A stretch of 64,000 nucleotides of DNA, from assembly GCA_963716725.1 (NCBI GenBank), contig CAVQUB010000007.1:32001-96000 (forward strand), written 5' to 3'. The DNA is from an uncultured delta proteobacterium (GTDB lineage Bacteria > Myxococcota_A > Polyangia > Polyangiales > Polyangiaceae). The translations under genes were made by a program, and so were the position numbers. A model generated the notes under the pieces. It was not told where the DNA came from. It did not search any database and saw only the letters and a list, made by a program, of their open reading frames with translations. Positions 1-10,875 of this stretch are shown here, one piece after another (position 1 is the stretch's first letter; each line of letters opens with the position of its first letter).

Positions 1-2
1 CG

Positions 3-809
3 CGGCGCTACGCGCTGGTGGCGATCGCTCGGGTCGCCGCGCGCGCCGGCACCGGCGCGGGCTCGCCCGACCACGGGCGCGGCGAGCTCGTCGCGCACCT
101 CCTGACCCAGCTGACCCACGGGCGCGCCGGCCTCGACGCCTGGTCGGCGCTCGCGCTGGGGACGCTCCAGCGCGAGCTGTTCCGCGGCGGCGTGGCCCCC
201 TCGCGCGACGTGCAGGAGGCGCTGGCCCGCGAGCTGCTGGACTGCCGGACCCCGACGACGGCCGGCGCCTTCGCCCTGGGCCTGGCCCTGTCGCACGCGC
301 CCGGTGCCGGAGCGCAGCTCGCCGAGGCGCTCGAGCGCTTCGGGGGCGACGAGCCGGCCGCCGCCGCCATCGCGCTCGCCCTGGGCCTGACGGGCGGTCC
401 AGAAGCTCGCGTCGAGCTGGTCGAACTGATCGAGGGCACCAGCGGCCGCCCCGCGCTGCTGCACGATGCGGCCCTCGCGCTGGCCCTCACCGGCGACTTC
501 GACGGCACGCCGCGCCTCGTGCGCGCCTTCGAGACGACCAGCGCTCTCGACTCGCGCGCGGCCCTGGCCTCCGCCCTGGGCCGCACGGGCGACGCGCGCG
601 CGATCCAGCCGCTGCTGTCGGCCCTGCGCGACACGACCAGCCCGCAGAGCGCACGGGCGCTGGCGGCCCGCGGCCTGGGGTGGCTCGTCGACCAGGGCGG
701 CGCGCCCGTCTGGACGCCGCTCTCCTGCGACCTCAACTGGGGCGCGGACACATCCACCCTGGCGGGACTGGGTGGGAGCGACTTCATGGCGCTGCTGCGC
801 GACTTCTGA
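3..809 (+). CDS. HEAT-repeat protein, 5' truncated by window edge
   Basis: Frame open from base 3; repeated ALALGL / ASALGRTGDARAIQPLLSALRD / RALAARGLG helical HEAT-like units. Confidence 0.7.
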   Translation, partial: RRYALVAIARVAARAGTGAGSPDHGRGELVAHLLTQLTHGRAGLDAWSALALGTLQRELFRGGVAPSRDVQEALARELLDCRTPTTAGAFALGLALSHAPGAGAQLAEALERFGGDEPAAAAIALALGLTGGPEARVELVELIEGTSGRPALLHDAALALALTGDFDGTPRLVRAFETTSALDSRAALASALGRTGDARAIQPLLSALRDTTSPQSARALAARGLGWLVDQGGAPVWTPLSCDLNWGADTSTLAGLGGSDFMALLRDF

Positions 810-865
810 GCGCACGCCGGGGGGATCGAGCGCCTGCGCGGGATGTCACCCGCGCGGGCCTCGGA

Positions 866-1207
866 TCAGCGCTCGTCCTGGCTCGAGCCCGTGCGGACCG
901 GCGCGCCTGAGGCGCTGGGCAGCGGCGCGGCGGGGACCCCGACCTGCGGCTGCGGCTCGACGGGCTGCGGCTCGACGGACTGCGCGACCTCGACGACCCC
1001 GTCCGGCCGCGGAGCGGGGCGCTGGGGTCCGCCAGGGAGTCCTCCCCGCAGGGCACCCAGGACGGCCTGCCAGCGCACGAAGGCCGTGCGCACGAGCGAA
1101 GGTTCCTGGGGCGCGGGGGCGGGCGTCGAGGGCACGCAGGCTCCGGGGCACCAGGGCCGCCTCCTGCGAGGCGACCAGCGAACGCGCGCTCTCTTGCCTG
1201 TAGACAC
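866..1207 (-). CDS. Small Pro-rich hypothetical protein
   Basis: Only plausible ORF in the gap; a 15-bp tandem duplication encodes VEPQPVEPQP in this frame; no recognisable family. Confidence 0.25.
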   Translation of the reverse strand: MSTGKRARVRWSPRRRRPWCPGACVPSTPAPAPQEPSLVRTAFVRWQAVLGALRGGLPGGPQRPAPRPDGVVEVAQSVEPQPVEPQPQVGVPAAPLPSASGAPVRTGSSQDER

Positions 1208-1372
1208 CCTCGAGCCTCACCAAGGGGATCGACCACGCCGGGTCGGACTCTTGAGTCGTCCCCGCGCGGGCCCCGCGCGGGCGCGGCTCCGTGCTGCGCC
1301 GCGCGGCGGTCCTGGCGCACTTGTCGAGGTCCCGTCAAGACGCCGACCCCGTGTGGCCGATGCACGCTGCGC

Positions 1373-2053
1373 TTGGTCCCCACCAGCGAGTCCACGACCC
1401 CGGCGGCGACGCTCCTCGGCCAGCCCACTGCGGCCCCCGCTGGCGGCGTCGACACCGCCAGCGAGCCCGTGCTCGCGCCGCGCGTCGGGCACGAGCCGCC
1501 GTTCGAGGACGACGGGACGGGAGCCGGGGCGATCCAGGAGCCCGCCCCGGCCCCGTCGCGTCGTCCGATCGGCGGCTGGCTGCAACTGGCGCTCAGCGTG
1601 CTGCTCCTGTACCTGGGGCTGTTCCACCTCTCGGTCGTCCGCGGCAGCTCGATGGCGCCCTCGATCCACGACGGCGATCGCATCCTGATCGACCCGCTCA
1701 GCTACTTCCTGCACCCCGTCGAGCGCGGCGACATCGTGGTCCTCAAGTACCCGCTCGATCCGTCGGTGGACTACATCAAGCGGGTCGTCGGTCTGCCCGG
1801 GGACGAGGTGCTGATCGAGGAGGGCGCGGTGTGGGTCAACGGTCGGGCCATCGACGAGCCCTACGTCGCCAGCTCCGATCCCTTCTGCTCGCTGCGCGTG
1901 CGCGTCAAGCCGGCGCACTACTTCGTGCTGGGTGACAACCGCCTGCGCTCCTGCGACAGCCGCGAGTTCGGTCAGGTGCCGGCGGACTACGTGCGCGGCA
2001 AGGTCGAGCTGCGCCTGTGGCCGCCTGCGCGGGCCGGCCTGATCGACCGCTAG
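1373..2053 (+). CDS. lepB: Signal peptidase I
   Basis: TM segment followed by GSSMAPSIHDGDRILI (catalytic Ser), DYIKRVVGLPGD (catalytic Lys), YFVLGDNR..S.DSR.FG. Confidence 0.95.
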   Translation: MVPTSESTTPAATLLGQPTAAPAGGVDTASEPVLAPRVGHEPPFEDDGTGAGAIQEPAPAPSRRPIGGWLQLALSVLLLYLGLFHLSVVRGSSMAPSIHDGDRILIDPLSYFLHPVERGDIVVLKYPLDPSVDYIKRVVGLPGDEVLIEEGAVWVNGRAIDEPYVASSDPFCSLRVRVKPAHYFVLGDNRLRSCDSREFGQVPADYVRGKVELRLWPPARAGLIDR

Positions 2054-2093
2054 GGGCGCGCCGCGCCGCGGTCGGTCTGCTAGGCTGGACGCC

Positions 2094-2822
2094 ATGAGCG
2101 CCCAGCCCCCGACGGTCGCGCTCGTCACCGGCGGCGTGCGTGGCCTCGGGCTCTGCGCGGCCCGCAGGCTGGCCGCGCGCGGCGCGCGCGTGCACCTGGT
2201 CTACCGGACCTCGACCGAGGCGGCCCAGGCCCTCGAGCGCGAGTTCCCCGGCCGCGTGCATCGTGCGAACGCGCTCGTTCCCGACGACCTGCGCTGCCTC
2301 GTGGCCGATGTCCTGGGTCGCGACGGCCGGCTGGACACGCTCGTGCACGCGGTGGGGGAGTACGCGACCGGCGCGCTCGAGGGCTACCCCGCCGACGACC
2401 TGCGGCGCATGCTGGCCAGCAACGTCGAGTCGTCCTTCCTGGCGCTGGCGGCCACGCGCACCGCGCTGCGGGCCGCGCGCGGCTCGGCGCTGTTCTTCGG
2501 CTGCGCCGGCAACGCCAGCCCGCGGGCCTGGCGCCGCACGGCCGCCTACGCCGCGGCCAAGACGGCGCTGCTAACGCTGGTGCGCTCGTGGGCCGTGGAG
2601 GAGGCCCCCCACGGAGTGCGCGTGAACATGGTCTCGCCGGGTCACATTCCCCACGAGCACGCCGCGCCTGACACCAACGACCCGGCCCTGTGGCAGCGCA
2701 TCCCGATGGGAGTCCCCGGAGCCCCCGACGACGTGGCCGAGGCCGTCGCCTGGCTGACCTCGCCCGCTGCGCGCTACGTCACCGGGGCCAACGTCGAGGT
2801 CGCAGGCGGCTGGATGCTCTGA
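2094..2822 (+). CDS. Short-chain dehydrogenase/reductase
   Basis: ALVTGGVRGLG, YAAAK, RVNMVSPG, YVTGANVEVAGG. Confidence 0.9.
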   Translation: MSAQPPTVALVTGGVRGLGLCAARRLAARGARVHLVYRTSTEAAQALEREFPGRVHRANALVPDDLRCLVADVLGRDGRLDTLVHAVGEYATGALEGYPADDLRRMLASNVESSFLALAATRTALRAARGSALFFGCAGNASPRAWRRTAAYAAAKTALLTLVRSWAVEEAPHGVRVNMVSPGHIPHEHAAPDTNDPALWQRIPMGVPGAPDDVAEAVAWLTSPAARYVTGANVEVAGGWML

Positions 2823-2828
2823 AGCCCG

Positions 2829-3735
2829 TCAGGGCCGCGGCCGGGCGATGTGCGTCGACAGGGCCCCGATGCCCTCGACCTCGCACACGACCTCGTCGCC
2901 GTGCTGCGAGCGGGCCGACGCCGGCCGGCGTGCCCATCAGGATCACGTCACCGGGGTTGAGCGGCATGTGCCGCGAGAGCCAGGCCAGCGCCGTGGGCAC
3001 GTCGCTGATCCAGGCCGAGGTGCGTGCCTCCTGGCGCGTCTCCCAGCGCGTCGCGCCGGCCCGTCGCACCCGGCAGGTGAGGCCCAGGTCGGCGACGTCG
3101 AGGTGGTCGCGCGGCACCAGGCAGGGACCGAGCGGGCACGACGCGGGCGAGGTTCTTGGCGCGGAACCAGGGATGCCCGAGCTTGCGGTCGCGCCCCTGG
3201 AGCGAGCGGGCGGTGAGGTCGTTGGCGACGGTGTAGCCAGCGACGTGGTCGAAGGCGCGCTGGGGCTGGATGTCGCGTCCGGGACGACCGATCACGACCG
3301 CCAGCTCGGCCTCGTGGTCGAAGCGCTCGGCGTACCAGCCCGGCACCTCGACCGTCGCGTCGTGGGGGACGAGCGTCTCGGGCAGCTTGTTGAAGAACAG
3401 CGGCTCCTCGGGCGGCTCCTCGCCGAACTCCTCGGCGTGCGCGCGGAAGTTCTTGCCCAGCGCCAGCACCTTGCCGACCTGGCGCGGGTCGAGCGGCGTC
3501 AGCACTTGCCGGGGCGCGGGGACCTCCGTCCAGTCGCCCTCGTCCAGCGCACGTATCGAGCCGCGCGGCCTCGAAGAACCCGGCCGCGAGCAGCCCGGAG
3601 AGGTCGGCGGCCGACTGGCCCAAGTGCACCGAGAGATCGAGGAAGCGGCTGCCGTCCTCGCAGCACCAGCGCGGGGTGGGGCCGGTCGGGGACGCGGAAC
3701 AGCCGCACCTGGCGCGGCGAGCGGGCCGACGTCAC
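2829..3735 (-). CDS. Fumarylacetoacetate hydrolase family protein (several frameshifts)
   Basis: KVLALGKNFRAHAEE, PLFFNK, DHEAELAVVIG, GYTVANDLTAR, LNPGDVILMGTPAGVG found across frames. Confidence 0.85.
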
Positions 3736-3736
3736 C

Positions 3737-5527
3737 TCAGCGCCCGCCTTCCGCTGGCGGCAGGGCCGTCTCGAGCGCGAGCAGCGCGTAGGCCGTGGCC
3801 AGCAGCGGGATTGCCCTCGTACCAGCGCGGGCTGTTGTGGTTGAGCCACGAGCCGTCGGCTCGGCTCTGCATCGCGACCAGGCGGCCGCACAGCTCGCTG
3901 CGCCAGGCGTGCTCGCCGCCGTCGGCGTGCTGAGCGGTCTCGACGCCGTAGGCGTCGAGGGCCTGGGCCAGCGTGAGGAAGTAGTAGAACAGGCCCTGGT
4001 AGGCGGCGCTGTGGGATCGAGGGCCACGTCGAAGCCGGGGTTGACGTCGAGCGTGTAGTTGCGCTGGCACCACTCGAAGGCCGCCTGCAGCCGCGGGTCG
4101 TCCTTGGGCAGGCCGGCGAAGACGTAGCACTTGAGCAGCGCGTAGGTCATCGAGCCGTAGGAGCGCGGCACCCGCGTGCCGTCGGCGAGCTCGACGAAGC
4201 CGGCCTTGGAGTCGCCCGGGCGAGTAGCCCGCGCCGCCGTCGTCGCCGCTGCGCGATCAGCGCTCGCCGTCGCGGCTCGATGCGCACGTCGTTCGACTCG
4301 GAGCGGTTCTGGCGTGCGCTGCAGGAAGCGCAGGCGCCTTGGCGTAGGTCTCGGCGTCGTCCTGCTCGCGCCCGGCGGCGTGCAGCGCCTCGAGCGCCAT
4401 CTGCAGGTTGGAGAGGTCGGCGCGCTCCGTCGCTGCCGTAGCCGATGCCGCCGTAGTACAGGTCGCCCTCGCTGTAGCCCTCGCTCGTCGTCGGTCTGCA
4501 GGCCGGCGCAGGAAGGCCGCGCGCCCGCGCGATCACCGGCGGCGTGCTCGTCGCGTCCGGCGCGCGCGAGCGCCAGGATCGCGGCCGAGGTGATGTAGTT
4601 GGCGAGCTTGCCGTCGTGGATCGAGCCGTCCTCGTGCTGCAGCGAGACGAGCCACGCGAGGCCCGCGTCGATCCTGGCCTGGATCGCGGCCTCGGGCGCG
4701 GCCGGGGCAGGGCCTGCAGCGCCGCCCAGCGCCATCGCCGTCAGACCCGCGTCGGGCTGGCCCGGCGCGCCGAAGCGCCCCTGCTCGTCGGCGAGCTGCG
4801 CCAGGAAGGTGGCGCCCCTGACCAGGGCCTCGAGGGCGGCCGCGCGATCGGCAGGCGAGAAGTCGGGCAGCGCGCGCACCCCGGCGTGGCGGGCCCCGGC
4901 GGAGGATGCGCCCGCGGCCTCGATCGCGGCGAGGTGGCTCAGGGCGATCACGCGCGCCGCCGTCTCGACGACGCGTCCCCGGGGTCCGACCCAGAAGCCT
5001 CCCGCGTCGCGCTCGGCGATCAGCGCCGCGGCGATCCTGCCTGCGCCGGATGCGCCCTCGGGCAGCTCGCCCAGCTCGAGGCCGTAGGGGAAGTCCTCGG
5101 GCAGCGCGGCGGCGTGCTCGTTCAGCCAAGCCCGCGCTCGCGCGCGCGCCTCGGCGTGCCCGCCGTCGCCCAGGCGCAGGGCCGCGGCCGCAAGCGCCGT
5201 CGTCCGGGCGAGGTCGGCGGGCGCTGCGTCCGGCGGCCCGATCGCGCCGTCTTCGCGCTGCAACGACACGAGATGCTCAAGGGCCTTGCGTACGAAGGGA
5301 CCGTCGATCGCACGGTAGTGGTCGGGGCACTCGGCGAAGGCGATGACCGCCAGGGCCGTGGCCTCCAGGGAGCCCTCGTAGGCCCCCGATTCCAGGTCCT
5401 GGGCCGAGCGCAGCCAGCGGATCGAGGTGCGGATCTCGCCGCCCAGGTCGACCTGCTGCGGTCGGGGCAGGGCAGCGGCGGGTGTCGGAGCGGCCAGGAC
5501 GGCGGCCGCGAGGAGCAGGCTGAGCAT
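3737..5527 (-). CDS. Exported prenyltransferase/squalene-oxidase-repeat protein (frameshifted)
   Basis: Signal peptide [21 protein letters not shown]-like repeats [43 protein letters not shown] and [10 protein letters not shown] motifs. Confidence 0.75.
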   Translation of the reverse strand: MLSLLLAAAVLAAPTPAAALPRPQQVDLGGEIRTSIRWLRSAQDLESGAYEGSLEATALAVIAFAECPDHYRAIDGPFVRKALEHLVSLQREDGAIGPPDAAPADLARTTALAAAALRLGDGGHAEARARARAWLNEHAAALPEDFPYGLELGELPEGASGAGRIAAALIAERDAGGFWVGPRGRVVETAARVIALSHLAAIEAAGASSAGARHAGVRALPDFSPADRAAALEALVRGATFLAQLADEQGRFGAPGQPDAGLTAMALGGAAGPAPAAPEAAIQARIDAGLAWLVSLQHEDGSIHDGKLANYITSAAILALARAGRDEHAAGDRAGARPSCAGLQTDDERGLQRGRPVLRRHRLRQRRSAPTSPTCRWRSRRCTPPGASRTTPRPTPRRLRFLQRTPEPLRVERRAHRAATASADRAAATTAARATRPGDSKAGFVELADGTRVPRSYGSMTYALLKCYVFAGLPKDDPRLQAAFEWCQRNYTLDVNPGFDVALDPTAPPTRACSTTSSRWPRPSTPTASRPLSTPTAASTPGAASCAAAWSRCRAEPTARGSTTTARAGTRAIPLLATAYALLALETALPPAEGGR

Positions 5528-5678
5528 GGATGGGTCTCCGCGACGGGTCGGGTAGGCATCCTAGGGCGAGGCGCTCGGCGACCCCAGGGCAGGGGGCGCG
5601 GATCCAACGCAGCCTCCCGGCCCCGGTTCAGGGGCGACTGGCGGCGAGGCGGGAGGCGCACCTATCCTGCTCGCTGCG

Positions 5679-6352
5679 ATGCCCGACCCCGCGAGACCGC
5701 CCGACAGCGTGCCGCTCGACTTCACGCGCCTGCCGCAGGGGACGATGCTGGGGCGGGCCCGGGCCTGGCGGCTGGAGCTGGCCCGACGCCGGTCGGTGCG
5801 TGCGTTCGCGCCCGACCCGCTGCCCGCGGGGCTGCTGGACGAGTGCATCGCCGCGGCCGGCAGCGCCCCCTCGGGGGCCCACCGCCAGCCCTGGACCTTC
5901 GTCGTCGTGCGCGACCCCGCGTCAAGCGGCGCATCCGGGTGGCGGCCGAGGAGGAGGAGCGCAAGCTCTACCACGAGCGCATCAGCGCCGAGTGGCGCGC
6001 GGCCCTGGCGCCGCTGGGCACCGACGAGCACAAGCCCTTCCTGGAGATCGCCCCGGCCCTGATCGTGGTCTTCCGGCACGCCTACGGGCTCGAGGACGGG
6101 CGCAAGCACACCAACTACTACACCCAGGAGTCGGTGGGCATCGCGGTGGGCTTCCTGCTGGCGTCGCTGCACCACGCCGGCGTCGCGACGCTGACCCACA
6201 CGCCCAGCCCTATGAGCTTCCTGCAGGAGCTCCTCGAGCGGCCCGAGAACGAGCAGGCCTACCTGCTGATCCCGGTCGGCTACCCGGCCGAGGGCTGCCG
6301 CGTGCCCGACCTCGCGCGCAAGTCGCTGGACGAGATCCGCGTCGAGCTCTGA
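5679..6352 (+). CDS. Nitroreductase family, iodotyrosine deiodinase-like (one frameshift near 5922)
   Basis: [61 protein letters not shown]. Confidence 0.85.
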
Positions 6353-6389
6353 GCGCATCCGCGCGAGGGGGTCCGTCGAACCCGCTGCC

Positions 6390-7898
6390 ATGCCCATCCC
6401 CCCGCTGCGCCTGCGTGACGCCAACGGGGCCGACCTGCGGCCGGGCGGCGCGTTCGTCCTCTACTGGATGATCGCCGCGCGCCGCACGCGCTGGAACTTC
6501 GCCCTCCAGCGGGCGGTCGAGCTGGCCGCGCGAGCTCGACCGGCCGCTGCTCGTGCTCGAGGCGCTGCGCGTGCGACTACCGCTGGGCCAGCGACCGCCT
6601 GCACCGCTTCGTGCTCGACGGCATGGCGGACAACGCCGCGCGCTGCGACCGACGGGCGTCGCTCTACTACCCCTACGTCGAGCCCGCGGCCGGGCGCCGG
6701 CAAGGGGCTGCTCGAGGCGCTCGCGCAGCGGCGCCTGCGTCGTCGTCACCGACGACTTCCCCTGCTTCTTCCTGCCGCGCATGGTGCAGGCCGCGGCGCG
6801 GCAAGCTCGACGTGCGGCTCGAGGCGGTCGACGCCAACGGGCTGCTGCCGCTGCGCGCGACCGACGCGCGCCTTCACGACCGCGTACTCCTTCCGGCGTC
6901 CACCTGCAGAAGGAGCTGCGCGTCGCACCTGGCGCAGGTCCCCAGGCGCGACCCGCTCGCGCGCGTCTCGCTGCGCCCGCGCCGAGCGCGGCTGCCGGCC
7001 GCGATCACGCGGCGCTGGCCGGCGGCGACGGCCGCGCTGCTCGCGGGCGGCCGGCGCGCTGGCTGCGCGACCTGCCGATCGACCACGCCGTCGCCCCGGT
7101 CGCCGTACGCGCGGCGGCAGCGTCGCGGGCGACGCGCATCCTCGCGCGCTTCCTGCGCCAGCGCCTCGCGCGCTACGCGCGAGGACCGCAACGACCCCGG
7201 CGAGGACGCCACGAGCGGGCTCTCGCCCTACCTGCACTTCGGCCACGTCGGTGCCCACGAGGTGCTGCGAGCGCCTGGCCGCGCGCGAGCGGCTGGTCGC
7301 CCGACGACGTCAGCCGCGAGTCGCGGGCGGCGCAGCGCGCGGGCTGGTGGGGGACTGAGCGCCGGCGGCCGAGGCCTTCCTCGACCAGCTCGTCACCTGG
7401 CGCGAGCTCGGCTTCAACTTCTGCCACAAGCGCGCGGACTACGACCGCTACGAGTCGCTGCCCGACTGGGCGCTGCAGACGCTCGGCCGAGCACGCCGCG
7501 ACCCGCCGCAGGCTACGTCTACACGCTCGCGCAGCTCGAGGCGCGCGGCGACCCACGACGAGCTGTGGAACGCCGCCCAGCGGCAGCTGCGCGGCGAGGG
7601 CCGCATCCACAACTACCTGCGCATGCTGTGGGGCAAGAAGATCCTGCGAGTGGAGCGCCAGCCCCGCGCGAGGCGCTCGAGGTGATGATCGAGCTCAACA
7701 ACCGGTACGCGCTCGACGGCCGCGACCCCAACTCCTACAGCGGCATCTTCTGGATGCTCGGCCGCTACGACCGCGCCTGGGGCCGCGAGCGCGCCGATCT
7801 TCGGCAAGGTGCGCTACATGAGCTCCGACAGCACGCGCCGCAAGCTCGACGTCGGGCCGTACCTGGAGCGCTGGGCCGCGCCGGGCCTGTTGGCCTAG
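6390..7898 (+). CDS. phr: Class II CPD photolyase (many frameshifts)
   Basis: [57 protein letters not shown]. Confidence 0.9.
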
Positions 7899-8221
7899 CG
7901 CTCCTCCGCGGCGAGCTTCACGGCCGTGCCGTAGGCCATGAACTCGCTGGCGCCCGCGGCGATCTCGCTGGAGGCGAAGCGCAGTCCGACGATGGCGTCC
8001 GCCCCGCGCGCGCGGGCCTCGGCGATCATGCGATCGAGGGCCTGCTCGCGCGCCTCGGCCAGGAGCTTGGTGTACTCCTCGACCTCGCCCCCGACGAGGT
8101 TCTTGAGCCAGGCCATGATGTCGCGGCCCACGTTGCGGGCGCGCACGGTGTTGCCGCGCACCAGGCCGATCACGCGCTCGACGCGCCGGCCGGGGACCTC
8201 GTCGGTGGTGAGCAGGATCAA
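7895..8221 (-). CDS. YbjQ/UPF0145 heavy-metal-binding family protein
   Basis: TTG start overlaps the upstream stop; [46 protein letters not shown]. Confidence 0.9.
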   Translation of the reverse strand: MILLTTDEVPGRRVERVIGLVRGNTVRARNVGRDIMAWLKNLVGGEVEEYTKLLAEAREQALDRMIAEARARGADAIVGLRFASSEIAAGASEFMAYGTAVKLAAEER

Positions 8222-8664
8222 CGCTGGACCTCGGTGTAGGGGTCGTAGGGTCGCGTGCGCAGGCGCGCGCGCACGGCGCCGGCGACGAGCAGGAGTCCGC
8301 CCAGGAGCAGGCCGCCCAGCGCCAGCTTCGGCACCGTCGGCATGTCGCTGACGGCGATGGTGTACTCGCCCCAGGCCAGCAGGGTCACGCCCGCCCCGAC
8401 CAGCAGCGTCCAGCCCGCGCCCAGGAGCAGGCGCTGCAGCGGGTCGAGGCCCAGCCGGCGCCACTCGAAGTCCATCGGCTCGGGCGGGGCGACCTGGCGC
8501 GCAAGCGTCTGCAGACGACGGTAGCGCGCCACCTCGAGCGCGAGGGCGGGACTCGCGGCCATGCGGCGCTCGAAGCCAGCGCGCTCCTCGGCGTCTAGCT
8601 CGCCATCGGCGTAGGCCATCGCCTGCAGCTCGTCGCGGCTGGGCTCTCGTTCGGTGGAGGTCAT
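8218..8664 (-). CDS. Putative membrane anti-sigma factor
   Basis: N-terminal [21 protein letters not shown] anti-sigma motif plus two TM helices; lies right after an ECF sigma. Confidence 0.75.
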   Translation of the reverse strand: MTSTEREPSRDELQAMAYADGELDAEERAGFERRMAASPALALEVARYRRLQTLARQVAPPEPMDFEWRRLGLDPLQRLLLGAGWTLLVGAGVTLLAWGEYTIAVSDMPTVPKLALGGLLLGGLLLVAGAVRARLRTRPYDPYTEVQR

Positions 8665-8680
8665 CGGGTGCAGGGCGGGG

Positions 8681-9292
8681 TCAGGGTCTCTTGTCGCCGG
8701 GGACGGCGGCCGCGCCGTCCTCTTCGAGGACGGCGCCGAGGCCCTCGCGCAGGCGCCGGCGGGCGTGGAACAGGCGCGACATCACCGTCCCGATCGGGAT
8801 CGAGAGCGTGTCGGCGATCTCCTTGTAGCTGAGCTCCTGGAAGTGGCGCAGGGCCAGGATCTCGCGGTCGCGGGCCGAGAGCTCGCGGAAGGCCTGCCAG
8901 AAGAGCTGCGCGCGCTCGTCGCCGAGCGCGGCCTCGGAGGGGTCCGGCGCCTCGTCGGCGATCTCCCAGTCGCCCTCGTCCTGGTCCAGGCCGCCGCGCG
9001 CCGACAGCGAGGTCTTGCGCAGCCGCCCGCGCTGGCGCAGGAAGCTGAAGCAGCAGTTGCGCAGGATGCGGTGGAACCAGGGCAGGAAGGGCTCCCCGTC
9101 GCGGTAGCTGGCGCGCGCGCGGTAGGTCTTGAGGAAGGCTTCCTGCGACAGCTCCATGGCGTCCTCGCGCGAGCCCACCAGGCTGACCGCCAGGCGGAAG
9201 GCCTGCGCTCGCAGGCTCTCGACCAGGCGATCGAAGGCCTCCCGGTCGCCGTGCTTGGCGGCCGTCATGAGGCGGGTCGCGTCGGCTTGCAT
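8681..9292 (-). CDS. ECF RNA polymerase sigma factor (alternative in-frame GTG start at 9385)
   Basis: GDREAFDRLV, DAMELSQEAFLK, FLPWFHRILRN, LSYKEIADTLSIPIGTVMSRLFHAR. Confidence 0.95.
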   Translation of the reverse strand: MQADATRLMTAAKHGDREAFDRLVESLRAQAFRLAVSLVGSREDAMELSQEAFLKTYRARASYRDGEPFLPWFHRILRNCCFSFLRQRGRLRKTSLSARGGLDQDEGDWEIADEAPDPSEAALGDERAQLFWQAFRELSARDREILALRHFQELSYKEIADTLSIPIGTVMSRLFHARRRLREGLGAVLEEDGAAAVPGDKRP

Positions 9293-9381
9293 GCTCTGGC
9301 CCCCGTACGTCGCCTCCGGCACCGAATTCTCGGCGGGTCCGGAAGGGCGGCCGGCGGGGGGCGGAGGGGAGGGGGCTCGGC

Positions 9382-10759
9382 TCACGGCTGGCGCTGCGGT
9401 GCGGGTTCGGCGAGCAACTGGAGGGCCGCGGCCGCGGCACGCTCGCAGGCCCCCCGGGGGCCCAGTCGACGGGCGGCCAGGTCCAGCCCCGCGAGGCAGG
9501 CCCGGCGCCAGGGCTCGTCGTTGTAGCAGCGCTCCAGGGCGGCGCCCACCTCGACCTGTCGCCGGTCCCCCGCGTAGGCGAACTCGGGCAGGACCTGGTC
9601 GCCCACGACCAGGTTGGGGAGGGCGAACCAGGGCGCCAGCAGGACCTGCGGGTAGAGCCGGTAGAGCGCCTGGTTGCTCAGGCCGTAGACGACCACGGCC
9701 GGGATGCGCTGGTGCAGCAGGTCGACCAGGATCGTCCCGGAGACGCTGAAGGCCGCCCGGACGCGGCCCAGGGTCTCGTGCAGGCTGCCCAGCTCCAGGC
9801 GGACCCAGGCCTCGGCGCCGGCCGCGGCGATGTGGCCCTGCACCCGGCCCACGTGCTCGGTATCGCCGTGGGGCAGGACCACCTCGACCGGTCCCAGGCG
9901 CTCGCGCACGCGGCGCAGGACCGCGAGCATCCAGGGCAGGTTGCGATCGATCACGCTCGGCCCGGCTGCCGGGCAGCAGCGCGATCGCGCTGCGACCCGG
10001 GTCGTCGGGCGCGGCCACGGTCGCCGGCAGCGCGTCGAGCAGGGGGTGGCCGACGTGCAGCGTGACGATGCCACGCTGCTCGAACCAGCTCGGCTCGAAG
10101 GGCAGGATGGTCAGCGCACGATCGACGGCGGATCGCAGGCCACCCGCGCGCCACGGGGCCCAGCCCCAGTACTGGGGGGCGACGAGTTGCACGACCCGTG
10201 CGCCTGCCCGGCGTGCGATCCGTCCCAGGGGAACGTGCAGGGCGGGCGAGTCGACCAGCACGGCCAGGTCGCAGGTCGCCAGCTCGCGGCCTGCGCGCTC
10301 GAGCAGGCCGAGGTAGTAGGGCAGCGCCGCGAGGGCGCCGCCGAAGCCCATCGTCGCCCGCGCCACCGGGTCGCCGAGCGTGCGGATCCCCGCTGCCCGG
10401 AGCCGTTCCCCGCCCAGCCCGACCAATTCGGGCTCGGGGCCACCGCCCAGGGACAGGCGCCGCCGCAGCTCGCGCACGACGTTGCACGCGTGGATCTCGC
10501 CCGAGGTCTCGGCGCTGGAGACGAACACCCGCAGGCGCCTGGAGGGGACCGGCAGGTCGGCGGGCGGCTCCCAAGGCACCCCCGCTGCCCGGGCGATGTC
10601 GTCGCGCAGCTGGGCCTCTAGGGCCTCGTGGCAGAGCGTGAAGTCGATCAGCCGCAGCGGGAGCAGGGCCACAGCACCCAGCGCACGCCCGAGCTCGAGC
10701 GCGACCGAGAGGCGCACGGAGTGCGCCCGGTGACGCGGCGTCGCGGCGGAGGAGCTCAT
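9382..10759 (-). CDS. lpxB: Lipid-A-disaccharide synthase (one frameshift near 9955)
   Basis: SAETSGEIH, VLVDSPAL, VAPQYWGW, ILPFEP..F, VGHPLLD, ALLPGSR, SGT..VDL, ALPNLV. Confidence 0.85.
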
Positions 10760-10875
10760 CGTCGCGAGAGCGTAGGGAGCCGGGGCCGCCGCTGCACGCC
10801 CGGGCCGCGGCGCTTGCACCCGATCCGGCCCCGGGCTACCTAGGGTCCGGGCCGTGGTCGACGGCGGCCCGCGCC

